From positions 32,001 through 96,000 of the forward strand of contig CAWHCF010000046.1 in the NCBI GenBank assembly GCA_963827655.1: a DNA stretch of 64,000 nt, read 5' to 3'. Positions 1 to 9,187 of this stretch are shown here, piece by piece. The translations under genes and the position numbers were made by a program. This stretch comes from an uncultured Acidobacteriota bacterium. GTDB taxonomy: Bacteria > Acidobacteriota > UBA6911. Below the pieces are notes generated by a model. It was not told the DNA's origin. It was given only the letters and a program-made list of their open reading frames with translations, and made no database searches. Numbering within the stretch: the first letter of the stretch is position 1; each line of letters starts with the position of its first letter.

Positions 1-180
1 GAAAACGTCGACCTGGTGCTCTATCCCAAACCGAAGAGTCTGAGGCAGAGTTTTCTGGAAGGTGACCTGTTCAAGGTTTCGACCGGCAGGCCTTCGCTGG
101 ATTCCTTCTGGCAGCGAACGATTCGGACGCTGGAAACTCCGGGTCCATGGCTGCTGGCGCCTGAAGTGAGGATTCGCTAG
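1..180 (+). CDS. 3' end of an upstream gene (partial), possibly signal peptide peptidase SppA
   Basis: Frame 1 is open from base 1 (ENVDLVLYPKPKSL...LLAPEVRIR) to TAG at 178-180; 'LVLYPKPKS' resembles SppA C-termini. Confidence 0.35.
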   Translation, partial: ENVDLVLYPKPKSLRQSFLEGDLFKVSTGRPSLDSFWQRTIRTLETPGPWLLAPEVRIR

Positions 181-211
181 TCATGTCTTTGGTTGATGCA
201 AGGAGACCAGC

Positions 212-3200
212 ATGACTGACCGACTCTTTCTCCGCTGCTTCTTCGTCGCAGTATCATGGACCGTGGTCGTTGGCACCGGATGGGCCCAGACTCCGACCGG
301 CACTATCGTCGGGACAGTGAGCGACCAGTCACGAGCCCTCCTTCCCGGGGTGACGATCACGATTGAGAATCAGGCCACCGGGGTCAAGGCCACGGCCCTC
401 AGTAACGACGAAGGGCACTTCGTCGTTCCTTACCTGCAGCCGGGACGCTATATCCTTTTGGCTCAGCTTCAGGGTTTCGCGACCGCCGAGATCAAGGACC
501 TGGTCCTGCAGATAAACCAAACGCGCGAGGTGCAACTGAACATGCAGGTCGGAGAGCTCACAGAGACCGTGACCGTCGACGAGGCGGTTCCTCTGGTCGA
601 CACCGTCAGTTCCGCCGTGGGCCAGGTGATTGACAATCAGCGCGTCGTAGAACTGCCGTTGAATGGCCGCAACTTTGTTCAGTTAGCAACTCTGAGCCCT
701 GGAACCAGCACCCGTGGCACAAACCAATTCACCAGTGAACCCGATGTCAACATTAACGGCAATCGAGGCAAAGCGGCGGGATTCCTGATTGACGGGGCGG
801 AAAACTTCGAACAAAACGCCGAAACCGTCATGATCAGTCCTTCCATCGAGACTATCCATGAATTCAAGGTCCAGAGCAGCACGTTCTCAGCCGCGGAAGG
901 AAGGCAAGCAGCGGTCATCTCAGTAGTCACGAAGTCGGGAACCAATCAGTTCCGGGGGAACCTCTTTGAATTCCTGCGCAATGAGAATTTCGACGCCCGG
1001 AACTTTTTTAACCCGACCAGCGAAGCGGAGCCGCTGAAACGCAATCAGTTCGGCGGAACCTTCGGCGGGCCGGCGATCCGGGACCGGCTGTTCTTCTTTG
1101 CGGCCTATGAAGGGACACGAGAGCGCAGGGGCGCCGTGCGCAACAGCCTGGTGCCTAACGCAGCCCAGCGCGGTGGTGATCTGTCGTCGCTTCCACCTAT
1201 TTTCGATCCGGCAACGACGTCTGAAGCGAGCCGAACGCGACAGCGGTTTTCCGGCAATCTCATTCCGGCCACGCGGCTCGATTCCATTGCCTTGAGAACG
1301 CTGCAATACATACCGTTGCCTAATGCCCCCGGCGACCGCTTTATTACCAGCGTCTCGAACAAGGTCAACGTCGATCAGTACAGTTTTCGCGGGGACTACA
1401 AGCCTACTCAAAAGGACTCCTTTTTCGCCCGCTATACCCACAATCACCGGTTCTTGACATCTCCGGGACCTTACCAGACGATCGTGGGCGGGGACGACCA
1501 GGATGTTCTTTCCCTGAACGGCGTTTTCTCCTACACCCGGTCGTTCTCGCCCAATACGTTGAATGAGTTCCGATTTGCCGCCACCCGGTTTCACCTGGAA
1601 TTCGATACGCTGAGCAAAGACCTGAAGATCATCGACGACTTTGGCATCCAGGGACTGGAAGGGAGAAAGAGAGAGAATATTGAAGGGTTTCCCATCCTCA
1701 ATGTTACGGGTTACGGCAACTTCGGCGACATTGGAATTCGTCCGCTGCAGCAGCGCTTCAACACGTTTACCTGGGCGGATACCTTCACGTGGACCAGGGG
1801 CAACCACACGTTGAGGACCGGGGTTGATATTCGACGGTACCAGAGAGCCGCTTTCAACGGCATCGATGCCCGCGGCAATTTCTCGTTCACCGGTGTCTCG
1901 ACTCAAAACCCGGCTGCACCGGGAGGCACCGGATCAGGCCTGGCCGATTTTCTGCTCGGATTGCCGACCTCGGCCCGCCGGAACTTTCCGCGCCTGCGCC
2001 AGCAGCTCTTCTGGACTAATGTCAGCTCCTTTGTTCACGATGATTGGAAGCTATCGCGACGGCTGACTCTGAACCTCGGGCTGCGCCACGAGTTTAACGG
2101 CGCTCCTCTGGAAAAACTGAACCGGATCGGCAGTTTTGATTTTGCGACCGGGCGGCCGATTGCAGCCTGCGATTCCAGTGGACAGATGCATAAAGACGCG
2201 CTGATTTTCTTCACGCCGCTGGAACTGGATTCGCTTCAAACAAGCTGTGGCCAGGCGGTGGGATTTCCAGCCCGAAGTCTGCGCGAGAACAATCTTCTGA
2301 GCTTTGCCCCGCGCTTCGGATTAGCCTACGACCTCTTTGGCGGGGGGAAGACGGTGATCCGCGGCGGTTACGGCATCTTCTACACGCTGGTGGGAGGTAA
2401 CCTCCTCACCCGGATCATCGGTTCATTGCCATTCTTCCGCGGAGAGACGTTCGATACCGACCGGCTGGTGCCGACCCTCACCTTTGCGCAGGCTTTTCCC
2501 GAAAGCACCGCATTTCCAGTTCCGGACATCATTGCGTTTCCCCGGAATCCGAGCGACCCCTACGTCCAGGATTGGAGTGTCAGCATTCAGCAACAACTCG
2601 GTCGCGCTACGGTTCTGGAAGCCGCGTACGTGGGCAACAGAGGAACCCATCTCGACATTAACTATCAGGCAAACCAGCCGCTGATGCCGGCGGCCGGAGC
2701 CATCCAGCAACGGCGTCCATACCCGCTGTTCTCCACCATTACACTTGATACGACTGTGGGCTATGGAAACTACCATTCCCTGCAGGTGCGCGCCGAGAGG
2801 CGGTTCGGGCAAGGCTTGTCTTTTCTCGCGGCTTACACGCTTTCGAAGTCGATTATCATGGCGGGCCAATCCCAGGATCCATGGAATCTCGACGACGGCA
2901 AGGGACCGGCGCCTTATGATATTCCCCAGCAGTTTGTCTTCAGCACGGTTTACGAGTTGCCGTTTGGCCGGAACCGCACCTTCCTCAACAGAGGCGGGGT
3001 GGTGGATGCGGTCCTGGGCGGATGGCAGATCAGCGGAATTGTGCTCCTGCAATCCGGTGTGCCTTTCAGTCCTACGACGGGGCGCGACAGCGCGAATATG
3101 GGGACGACAACCCGTCCTGACCGGCTGGGCAGCGGCACGGTCCCGGAGCCGACCATCGACCGCTGGTTTGATGCATCGGCCTTCGCGAACCCGGCGCCGT

Positions 3201-3451
3201 TCGTGTTCGGCACTTCGGGGGTGAATATCCTGAGACAGGACGGATTTCAAAACCTCGACCTCTCGATCAGCAAGGATTTTCACTTCAGCGAGTCGCGTTA
3301 CCTGCAGTTCCGCTCGGAGTTTTTTAACACTTTCAACCACCCGAATTTTGGACCGCCGAATGCGAATATCAATCAACCGGCGCAGGTGGGACGCGTGTTC
3401 AGCGCCGCCGATCCTCGCATTGTCCAGCTGGCGCTCAAACTATTTTTTTAG
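212..3451 (+). CDS. TonB-dependent receptor, Oar-like, with N-terminal carboxypeptidase-regulatory-like domain
   Basis: Signal peptide; GTIVGTVSDQS; LPLNGRNF; TKSGTNQFRG; NLGLRHE; C-terminal QLALKLFF; RBS aggag. Confidence 0.93.
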   Translation: MTDRLFLRCFFVAVSWTVVVGTGWAQTPTGTIVGTVSDQSRALLPGVTITIENQATGVKATALSNDEGHFVVPYLQPGRYILLAQLQGFATAEIKDLVLQINQTREVQLNMQVGELTETVTVDEAVPLVDTVSSAVGQVIDNQRVVELPLNGRNFVQLATLSPGTSTRGTNQFTSEPDVNINGNRGKAAGFLIDGAENFEQNAETVMISPSIETIHEFKVQSSTFSAAEGRQAAVISVVTKSGTNQFRGNLFEFLRNENFDARNFFNPTSEAEPLKRNQFGGTFGGPAIRDRLFFFAAYEGTRERRGAVRNSLVPNAAQRGGDLSSLPPIFDPATTSEASRTRQRFSGNLIPATRLDSIALRTLQYIPLPNAPGDRFITSVSNKVNVDQYSFRGDYKPTQKDSFFARYTHNHRFLTSPGPYQTIVGGDDQDVLSLNGVFSYTRSFSPNTLNEFRFAATRFHLEFDTLSKDLKIIDDFGIQGLEGRKRENIEGFPILNVTGYGNFGDIGIRPLQQRFNTFTWADTFTWTRGNHTLRTGVDIRRYQRAAFNGIDARGNFSFTGVSTQNPAAPGGTGSGLADFLLGLPTSARRNFPRLRQQLFWTNVSSFVHDDWKLSRRLTLNLGLRHEFNGAPLEKLNRIGSFDFATGRPIAACDSSGQMHKDALIFFTPLELDSLQTSCGQAVGFPARSLRENNLLSFAPRFGLAYDLFGGGKTVIRGGYGIFYTLVGGNLLTRIIGSLPFFRGETFDTDRLVPTLTFAQAFPESTAFPVPDIIAFPRNPSDPYVQDWSVSIQQQLGRATVLEAAYVGNRGTHLDINYQANQPLMPAAGAIQQRRPYPLFSTITLDTTVGYGNYHSLQVRAERRFGQGLSFLAAYTLSKSIIMAGQSQDPWNLDDGKGPAPYDIPQQFVFSTVYELPFGRNRTFLNRGGVVDAVLGGWQISGIVLLQSGVPFSPTTGRDSANMGTTTRPDRLGSGTVPEPTIDRWFDASAFANPAPFVFGTSGVNILRQDGFQNLDLSISKDFHFSESRYLQFRSEFFNTFNHPNFGPPNANINQPAQVGRVFSAADPRIVQLALKLFF

Positions 3452-3480
3452 ACCGGGCGCTTCACCCCAGGGGGTTTCAA

Positions 3481-4938
3481 TTGCCGCGCGCCGCTGAATA
3501 CTTGGCATTTCTTTGGGTCATTGCGTACTGGTGGCTGATTCCGGACCTGGCGGCCCGGCCCCAGGCGGTCACGGCCACGCGTCCGAACATCATCGTGATC
3601 CTTTGCGATGATCTGGGCTACAGCGATCTGGGCTGTTACGGCAACCGGATCATTCGCACTCCTAATCTCGACCGCCTGGCCTCACAGGGCACGCGCTTTA
3701 CCCAGTTCTACATGACCTCGCCCGTGTGCACGCCGTCGCGCGCCGCGCTGATGACCGGGTTTTATCCCCAGCGCTTCGGCATTCACCATGCCGATCTTCC
3801 AGAATCCTTGCCGCGATATCCGCTTCCCGAGTCCGCCGTCACGATCGCTGAGGTCTTGAAGCGCGCCGGTTACTACACGGCCCATATAGGCAAGTGGCAT
3901 CTGGGCGAGCCTCCCGAGACCGTGGTCCCCAGGAAACAGGGTCTTGACTATTTCTTCGGCTGCTTCGGCGGCCGACCCAGCTCTCCCTGGAACAGATACG
4001 CGCGCTCGATGGATCCCGAAATCATTGTCGACGAGAATCGCCCCGTGGTGTACCAGGGTCACGTCACCGAGGTGCAGACAAAAGCCGCTCTCGATGTGCT
4101 CGGCCGAGTGGCGCGCAATCAACCGTTCTTTCTGAACCTCTGGTACAACGCGCCGCACGAGCCGCTCGCGCCGCTTCCTGACCAGTCCGAGATCTACCGG
4201 CATTGGAGCCCGGAAGAACAAACCTACTTCCAGACTGTCACCGACATGGACAAAGGTGTCGGCCAGATCCTGGCCAGGCTTGACGAGATGGGCATCGGCA
4301 ACGAAACGCTGATTTTCTTTTCCAGCGACAACGGACCGGAAGCTCATTCGATGAAGTACTCCCGAGGTTCAGCCTGGCCGCTGAAAGGAATGAAGACGCA
4401 ATTGTGGGAAGGCGGGGTCAGGGTGCCGGCGATCATGCGGTGGCCCGGCAAGGTTCCCGCGGGCAAGTCGTCGGAAGCAATCACGAGCGTGCTCGACATC
4501 TTCCCGACATTGTGCGCGGCAGCCGGTATCAGCGAAAAAGAACTACAGGCGATGCGCGACCCTCCCGCGAGTGACCGTGGTATTGATTTGCTTCCCGTCG
4601 TAAATGGAAATCTCAGCGGGACCGATCGCGCAATCTTTTTCGAATTCCATTTTCCGCAAAGGGGCGTTGAGTCGAGCCTTCCGATGGCGGTGCGGCGAGG
4701 CAAGTGGAAGCTGTTTGCTAATCACGCGTTCACCGCGGTTCAGCTTTACGACCTGGACCGAGACCTGGGCGAGCAGAAAGATGTGGCTGCGGAAAACGAA
4801 GCGATGATGCGGGAGTTAAAAGCTCAGCTGCAGCGATGGTGGGCTCAGTTCACGGGCAAGGTGGACCTGAATGCCCCGCGAACGAGTGTGCCCGTACCGT
4901 CAACCGAAGAGCTGGAGAAAAGGCACTACCGCAATTAG
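3481..4938 (+). CDS. Arylsulfatase-family sulfatase (Cys-type, formylglycine-dependent)
   Basis: PNIIVILCDDLG; CTPSRAALMTG signature; GKWHLG; SSDNG; WEGGVRVP. Confidence 0.93.
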   Translation: MPRAAEYLAFLWVIAYWWLIPDLAARPQAVTATRPNIIVILCDDLGYSDLGCYGNRIIRTPNLDRLASQGTRFTQFYMTSPVCTPSRAALMTGFYPQRFGIHHADLPESLPRYPLPESAVTIAEVLKRAGYYTAHIGKWHLGEPPETVVPRKQGLDYFFGCFGGRPSSPWNRYARSMDPEIIVDENRPVVYQGHVTEVQTKAALDVLGRVARNQPFFLNLWYNAPHEPLAPLPDQSEIYRHWSPEEQTYFQTVTDMDKGVGQILARLDEMGIGNETLIFFSSDNGPEAHSMKYSRGSAWPLKGMKTQLWEGGVRVPAIMRWPGKVPAGKSSEAITSVLDIFPTLCAAAGISEKELQAMRDPPASDRGIDLLPVVNGNLSGTDRAIFFEFHFPQRGVESSLPMAVRRGKWKLFANHAFTAVQLYDLDRDLGEQKDVAAENEAMMRELKAQLQRWWAQFTGKVDLNAPRTSVPVPSTEELEKRHYRN

Positions 4939-4951
4939 CCAATTTCCTTCA

Positions 4952-4975
4952 AACCACGAAGACGCGAAGACACAC
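4952..4975 (+). repeat. 8-nt-period intergenic repeat (forward copy, short)
   Basis: aaccacgaagacgcgaagacacac matches the family core AC-CACGAAGA-CGCGAAGA. Confidence 0.7.
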
Positions 4976-4985
4976 CGCATTTGCA

Positions 4986-5103
4986 TTGGTCATTTCTTGA
5001 TGCTTTACGCTTGGGCGGAGCCCGGTTCGAAGACCGCATAACCAAACCGACAAACGGCGTTGATCAATGAAAAATGACAAATGACTGATGAAAAATGACA
5101 AAG
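4986..5103. repeat. AATGACN heptamer array with a degenerate inverted arm
   Basis: ttggtcatttc... followed by aatgaaa aatgaca aatgact gatgaaa aatgaca. Confidence 0.7.
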
Positions 5104-5170
5104 TAACTGTGCGTGTTGGTGACTCTGAACTTATCGAGCAAAAAATGATGCACATCGAGAGGATAATGGT

Positions 5171-6019
5171 ATGGCTTACGGAATGAACATGCTCTTGTGG
5201 ACCGCCGATGCCACGGGCGAAAAATTCCTCGCGCTCTTCGAGCGCCTCAAGAAGATGGGATTCGATTCCGTCGAGATTCCCATCATGGCGCCGGACGTCA
5301 AGAAATGCGCCGAGCTGGGCGAGCGCCTGGAAAACATGGGGCTCAAGCGGACCGCGGTCACGGTACTCACGTCCGAAACCAATCTCATTGGCCCCGACAA
5401 GAAGCAGCGGCAGGGAGGCGTCGCCCATCTCAAGGCGGTCGCCGAATGCTGCCAGGCGCTGGGGTCGAGCCTGCTGGTCGGGCCGATTTACGCCGCGCTG
5501 GGAGTCTTCACCGGTAAAGGCCCCACGAGTGAGGAATGGCACTGGGCCGCTGAGGGGCTGCGCGAGGCCGCGGAAGGCGCCCGGAAGTGCGGAGTGACTC
5601 TGGTTGCCGAGTATTTGAATCGGTTCGAGATCTACCTCCTTAACTGCTGCGCAGACGCGGCCCGGATGGTCAAGGATGTCAACCATCCGAACTTCCGCAT
5701 GATGTACGACACCTTTCACGCCAACATCGAGGAAAAAGACATCACCGCCGCTCTCTCCGCGTGCGCCGACGTCATGATCCACGTGCACATCTCCGAAAAT
5801 GACCGCAGCACGCCGGGAAAAGGCGGCGTGAACTGGAAGGAAACCTTCGCCGCACTCAAGAAGATCCAGTACCAGGGCTCGCTTACCATCGAGGCATTCG
5901 GGCTGGCTCTCCCCGAACTGGCCGCCGCCACCAAGATCTGGCGCCGGATGTTCGAGGACGAAGAGCAGTTGGCGGAGCAGGGTCTGGCCTTCATGAAATC
6001 CCGGTGGGAATCCGTATAG
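5171..6019 (+). CDS. Sugar phosphate isomerase/epimerase, D-psicose/D-tagatose 3-epimerase family
   Basis: EYLNRFE, YDTFHANIEE, HISENDRSTPG, IEAF metal/catalytic motifs. Confidence 0.9.
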   Translation: MAYGMNMLLWTADATGEKFLALFERLKKMGFDSVEIPIMAPDVKKCAELGERLENMGLKRTAVTVLTSETNLIGPDKKQRQGGVAHLKAVAECCQALGSSLLVGPIYAALGVFTGKGPTSEEWHWAAEGLREAAEGARKCGVTLVAEYLNRFEIYLLNCCADAARMVKDVNHPNFRMMYDTFHANIEEKDITAALSACADVMIHVHISENDRSTPGKGGVNWKETFAALKKIQYQGSLTIEAFGLALPELAAATKIWRRMFEDEEQLAEQGLAFMKSRWESV

Positions 6020-6025
6020 GGACAC

Positions 6026-6067
6026 GATTCTTGGTGTTTCTTCGTGTCTTTGCGTCCTCGTGGTATC
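6026..6067 (-). repeat. 8-nt-period intergenic repeat (reverse copy, full length)
   Basis: gattcttggtgtttcttcgtgtctttgcgtcctcgtggtatc; its reverse complement differs from the copy at 55442-55483 by one base. Confidence 0.9.
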
Positions 6068-6070
6068 AGC

Positions 6071-6970
6071 ATGCTCGAACGGCGGTCGATTCGGTGGTTC
6101 ACCATCTGGCTTGGCTGGACGTTAATCGCCTTCTTTTTTGCCACCCACAGCTTCATCAACGCCTATCTTGGCTCCCAGTATGCGCCCCGACCGATGAGCC
6201 TGCGACAGGCGCTGATTTTGGCTCTGAGCGAGTGGTACGTCTGGGCGGCGCTGGCGCCTCTGATTGTCTGGCTCGCACGCCGCTTCCCAATCGAGCGGCC
6301 GCGCCTGTGGCGCGGTCTCGTCGTACACGCGGGCGCAGCTTTGATCTTGGCGGTATTCAAGGTCGGCATCGACATTTGGGTGATTCAACTCCTCGGCTGG
6401 AGTCCCAACCGCACCATGACTTCGTTTCGCCTTCATCCAAACCTGCTTACCTATGCAGCGATTGTGGGCGCAACTCACGCTCTCGAATACTATCGGCGAT
6501 ATCGTGAGCGCGAACTCCGCGCATCGCGGCTCGAGACGGAACTCGTCCAGGCTCAACTTCAGGCGCTCAAGATGCCTCCCGATGACGAAAACCTTCCGCC
6601 TTTCCAATGGGAGGCAGACCTTCACCGCGATCTCAAGCTCCGCGAGCTTTACGCCAAAATGTCAGTGACTACTCAGGAAACGATCGGTGGCGGAAGCGCC
6701 TGGGTGCTCGAGGCAGAATCTCGCCGCGGCCAAACCGAAAAGCTCTACTTTGACTCGCAAAGCGGTCTGCTACTCCGCCGGCTGCAAATTCGCGAAAGCC
6801 CGCTCGGACCCGTGCCGCTGCAAATGGACTTTGGCGACTACCGTGAGGTTGACGGCGTGAAAATCCCGTTTTTTAGCCGCTGGGCGCGGCCGGACGTGAC
6901 CTTTATCTTCCAGTACGATGAAGTGCGCCACAACCTGCCCGTGGAGGACGCCAGGTTCGAGAAACCTTGA
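6071..6970 (+). CDS. Chimeric ORF: LytS/YehU-type sensor membrane domain fused in frame to a LolA-like/outer-membrane-sorting C-terminal domain
   Basis: Several TM helices, then RERELRASRLETELVQAQLQALKM (normally followed by the QLxPHFLFN H-box); switches at about 6575 to ...KLYFDSQSGLLLR...DFGDYREVDGVKIPF...VEDARFEKP. Confidence 0.7.
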   Translation: MLERRSIRWFTIWLGWTLIAFFFATHSFINAYLGSQYAPRPMSLRQALILALSEWYVWAALAPLIVWLARRFPIERPRLWRGLVVHAGAALILAVFKVGIDIWVIQLLGWSPNRTMTSFRLHPNLLTYAAIVGATHALEYYRRYRERELRASRLETELVQAQLQALKMPPDDENLPPFQWEADLHRDLKLRELYAKMSVTTQETIGGGSAWVLEAESRRGQTEKLYFDSQSGLLLRRLQIRESPLGPVPLQMDFGDYREVDGVKIPFFSRWARPDVTFIFQYDEVRHNLPVEDARFEKP

Positions 6971-7171
6971 TTCGGGGACAGTCGCCGCGGTTCCCAACCG
7001 TCGGGAGTCAGGTGTGGAATCAGACTTCGGAAAGGGCCTCGCTTGAACCGCCGGACTATGTAGATGGTTTCAGTAGTGGGCGGAAAGACAGATGTGAGAT
7101 CGCCGGGATGTCGAAGACGGGCGTCCGTTGCCTGAAGCCGACGACACAGGTCGGAGAAGCCGTCCCGAGAC

Positions 7172-7187
7172 TGTCCGGATTTGGACA
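7172..7187. promoter_or_regulatory. Palindromic candidate enhancer (UAS) for a sigma-54 activator
   Basis: TGTCCggatttGGACA about 85-100 bp upstream of a -24/-12 promoter. Confidence 0.5.
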
Positions 7188-7271
7188 ACCTCATCCCAGG
7201 ACCGGACGTCCGGACCCGATGTAGCTCCACGACGAAACCGTTAACCTCTGACTATTCTTCGATTCAGCGCG

Positions 7272-7286
7272 TGGCACACCGCTTGC
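7272..7286 (+). promoter_or_regulatory. Sigma-54 (-24/-12) promoter
   Basis: TGGCAC-accgc-TTGC, exact consensus spacing, 25 bp before the ATG at 7311 (RBS GGAGG). Confidence 0.75.
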
Positions 7287-7310
7287 GATGGTTGCCTGCA
7301 GGAGGTGAGT

Positions 7311-7944
7311 ATGAAGAGCCGACTTATTGCGACTCGATACATCATCCCGACGCTGCTGGCGCTTCAAGTGGCTGGAGCCCAGATCCGCGAGCCCGCCGTA
7401 CCCCGCTCGTCGATTTGGATCGACACCGTCAAGCGGGGTGATATGGTTCGGGAGGTTCGGGGGCTCGGCCAGCTGCGGGGAGCGACCGGATCGGTGACAG
7501 CGATCCTTAAGGTCGCGGCGACCCAGGCCACCGAGATCAAGGTTGGTCAGGCCGCGAAGATCGACACAGGGCGCGCCCTTGTTGCCGGCACGGTAGCCGC
7601 GCGTCAGCTCGCCGCCCATCGATGGGATGGTCGACGTAGAGATCAAGCCTTCGAGCGCTTTACCCGAGGGCGCAATCTCCGGAACGGCGATCGACGGCAC
7701 GGTCGAGATTGAACGCCTGCAGAACATCCTCCACATCGGCCGGCCCGTCGCTGGGGGCGCCGGAAGCACCGTCGAGCTGTTTCGATTGGAACCCGGCGGC
7801 GACTATGCGGCCCGCGTGCCGGTATCATTTGGGCGAAGCTCAGTCAACGTGATCGAAATCCGCAAGGGCCTGCGCGAAGGGGACAAGGTCATCCTCTCGG
7901 ACATGTCGGCGTGGAGGACGAGCACTCGTATTCGCCTTGAGTAA
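7311..7944 (+). CDS. Short HlyD/periplasmic adaptor (MFP)-like protein lacking the helical hairpin; one frameshift near 7600-7627
   Basis: IWIDTVKRGDMVREVRGLGQL joined almost directly to LKVAATQATEIKVGQ; second frame gives DGTVEIERL..GRP..GRSSVNVIEI..GDKVILSDMS. Confidence 0.7.
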
Positions 7945-8140
7945 AAGGGATCGCAACAGCTTTCATGGATTGCCGCGACCGGGACGGGCTTCTTCGTTGT
8001 CCGCTTCTTTCGGGTCGTGCTCATAACGGCCGAATCCTCCCAGTCAGCAGCTGCTGCATCATACCCTGCTTCAGCGCACATGAATTCGCTTTGATTGATT
8101 GGCCGGGCACCACGGATTATGTTCTGACTATGCGTGAACC

Positions 8141-9099
8141 TTAGCCGGTTTCTGAGCCAGCCGGGCGGGCGCCTCCGCAGAGCTCGACGGCAGCCTGGAG
8201 GCGCGCAAGCAGACGATCGATCTCCGCGCGGGTCGGGCCGTCCGGGACCCAGGCATCCGGAGAGCGCATCCGATCCGAGATGAAGATTCCGCGTTGCTTC
8301 ATGATGTACCGCTCGATCGAGATGAATCCGTCCAGGCCTGCCTGAAGCTGGATCACCAGCAAGGCGAGGATGGGAAAATAAAGACTGTAAGCGACTTCGT
8401 CGTCGCCCCGCTCGAGCGCGCGCCAGAGCGGCACGATGGCGTCGATGAGCTCGCAACCAGGCATGACCCCGGTGATCCCGCGCCGGAAGCTATCGATGAG
8501 GTAGGCGCCTCCGGAGCCATCGAAGATGCGCGCGACATCGCCCGTCGCCTGGTTCAGTCGCGACACGTTCGGGCCGATCGGCGCCGTTTCCGGCTTGTAC
8601 AGGATCTTCTCCGGCCCGTAACGCTCGAGCAGGCTTGCCTGAAACTCGATCGTCATCGGATTGCCGACGTAGGCCGAGGCATCCTGAACGATGAGGGGCA
8701 GATCGATTTCGTCTGCAAGCTGGAGGAAATGCTTCTCGACCCCGCCACCGGCAAGCGGAGGGGTTGACATGATCGCGTCGTAGTGAGCCCGCTCGGCGGC
8801 GCGGCCGTACTCGATGGCCTCCGCCGTCGTCCGCGGCCGAGACGCTCGCCACGATGCTTCCGCGCCCGGCGTTGAGCCGCGCCACCACGTCGATCAGGGC
8901 GAGCCGCTCAGGACGCGTCAGCCGCAGAGTATCGGTCGCCAGCGCGATCGCGCAGCCGTCCACACCCACATGGTAGATCCAGTCGATCTCACGCTCGAGG
9001 GTGGTGACATTGATCGAATCGTCGCCGGTGTACTCGATGTGAAGAATCGGGATGACGCCCCTGAACGGCTCGGATCTTCCTTTTTGCTGACTTCATCAT
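8141..9099 (-). CDS. Dihydrodipicolinate synthase/N-acetylneuraminate lyase family aldolase; two +1 G frameshifts (about 9060 and about 8832)
   Basis: Reconstructed MMKSAKRKIRAVQGVIPILH...EREIDWI..GVDG...DAIMSTPP...LIVQDAS...YKPE...GGSGG-like...GITGVMPG. Confidence 0.8.
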
Positions 9100-9101
9100 G
9101 C

Positions 9102-9147
9102 GAAACAAATACCTCTGACGCGAAGACGCGAAGAAACACCAGGAATC
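9102..9147 (+). repeat. 8-nt-period intergenic repeat (forward copy)
   Basis: gaaacaaatacctctgacgcgaagacgcgaagaaacaccaggaatc. Confidence 0.85.
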
Positions 9148-9187
9148 TTGCTGTATACTTTCCCCAACATACTTCCGGAGGGTTACC

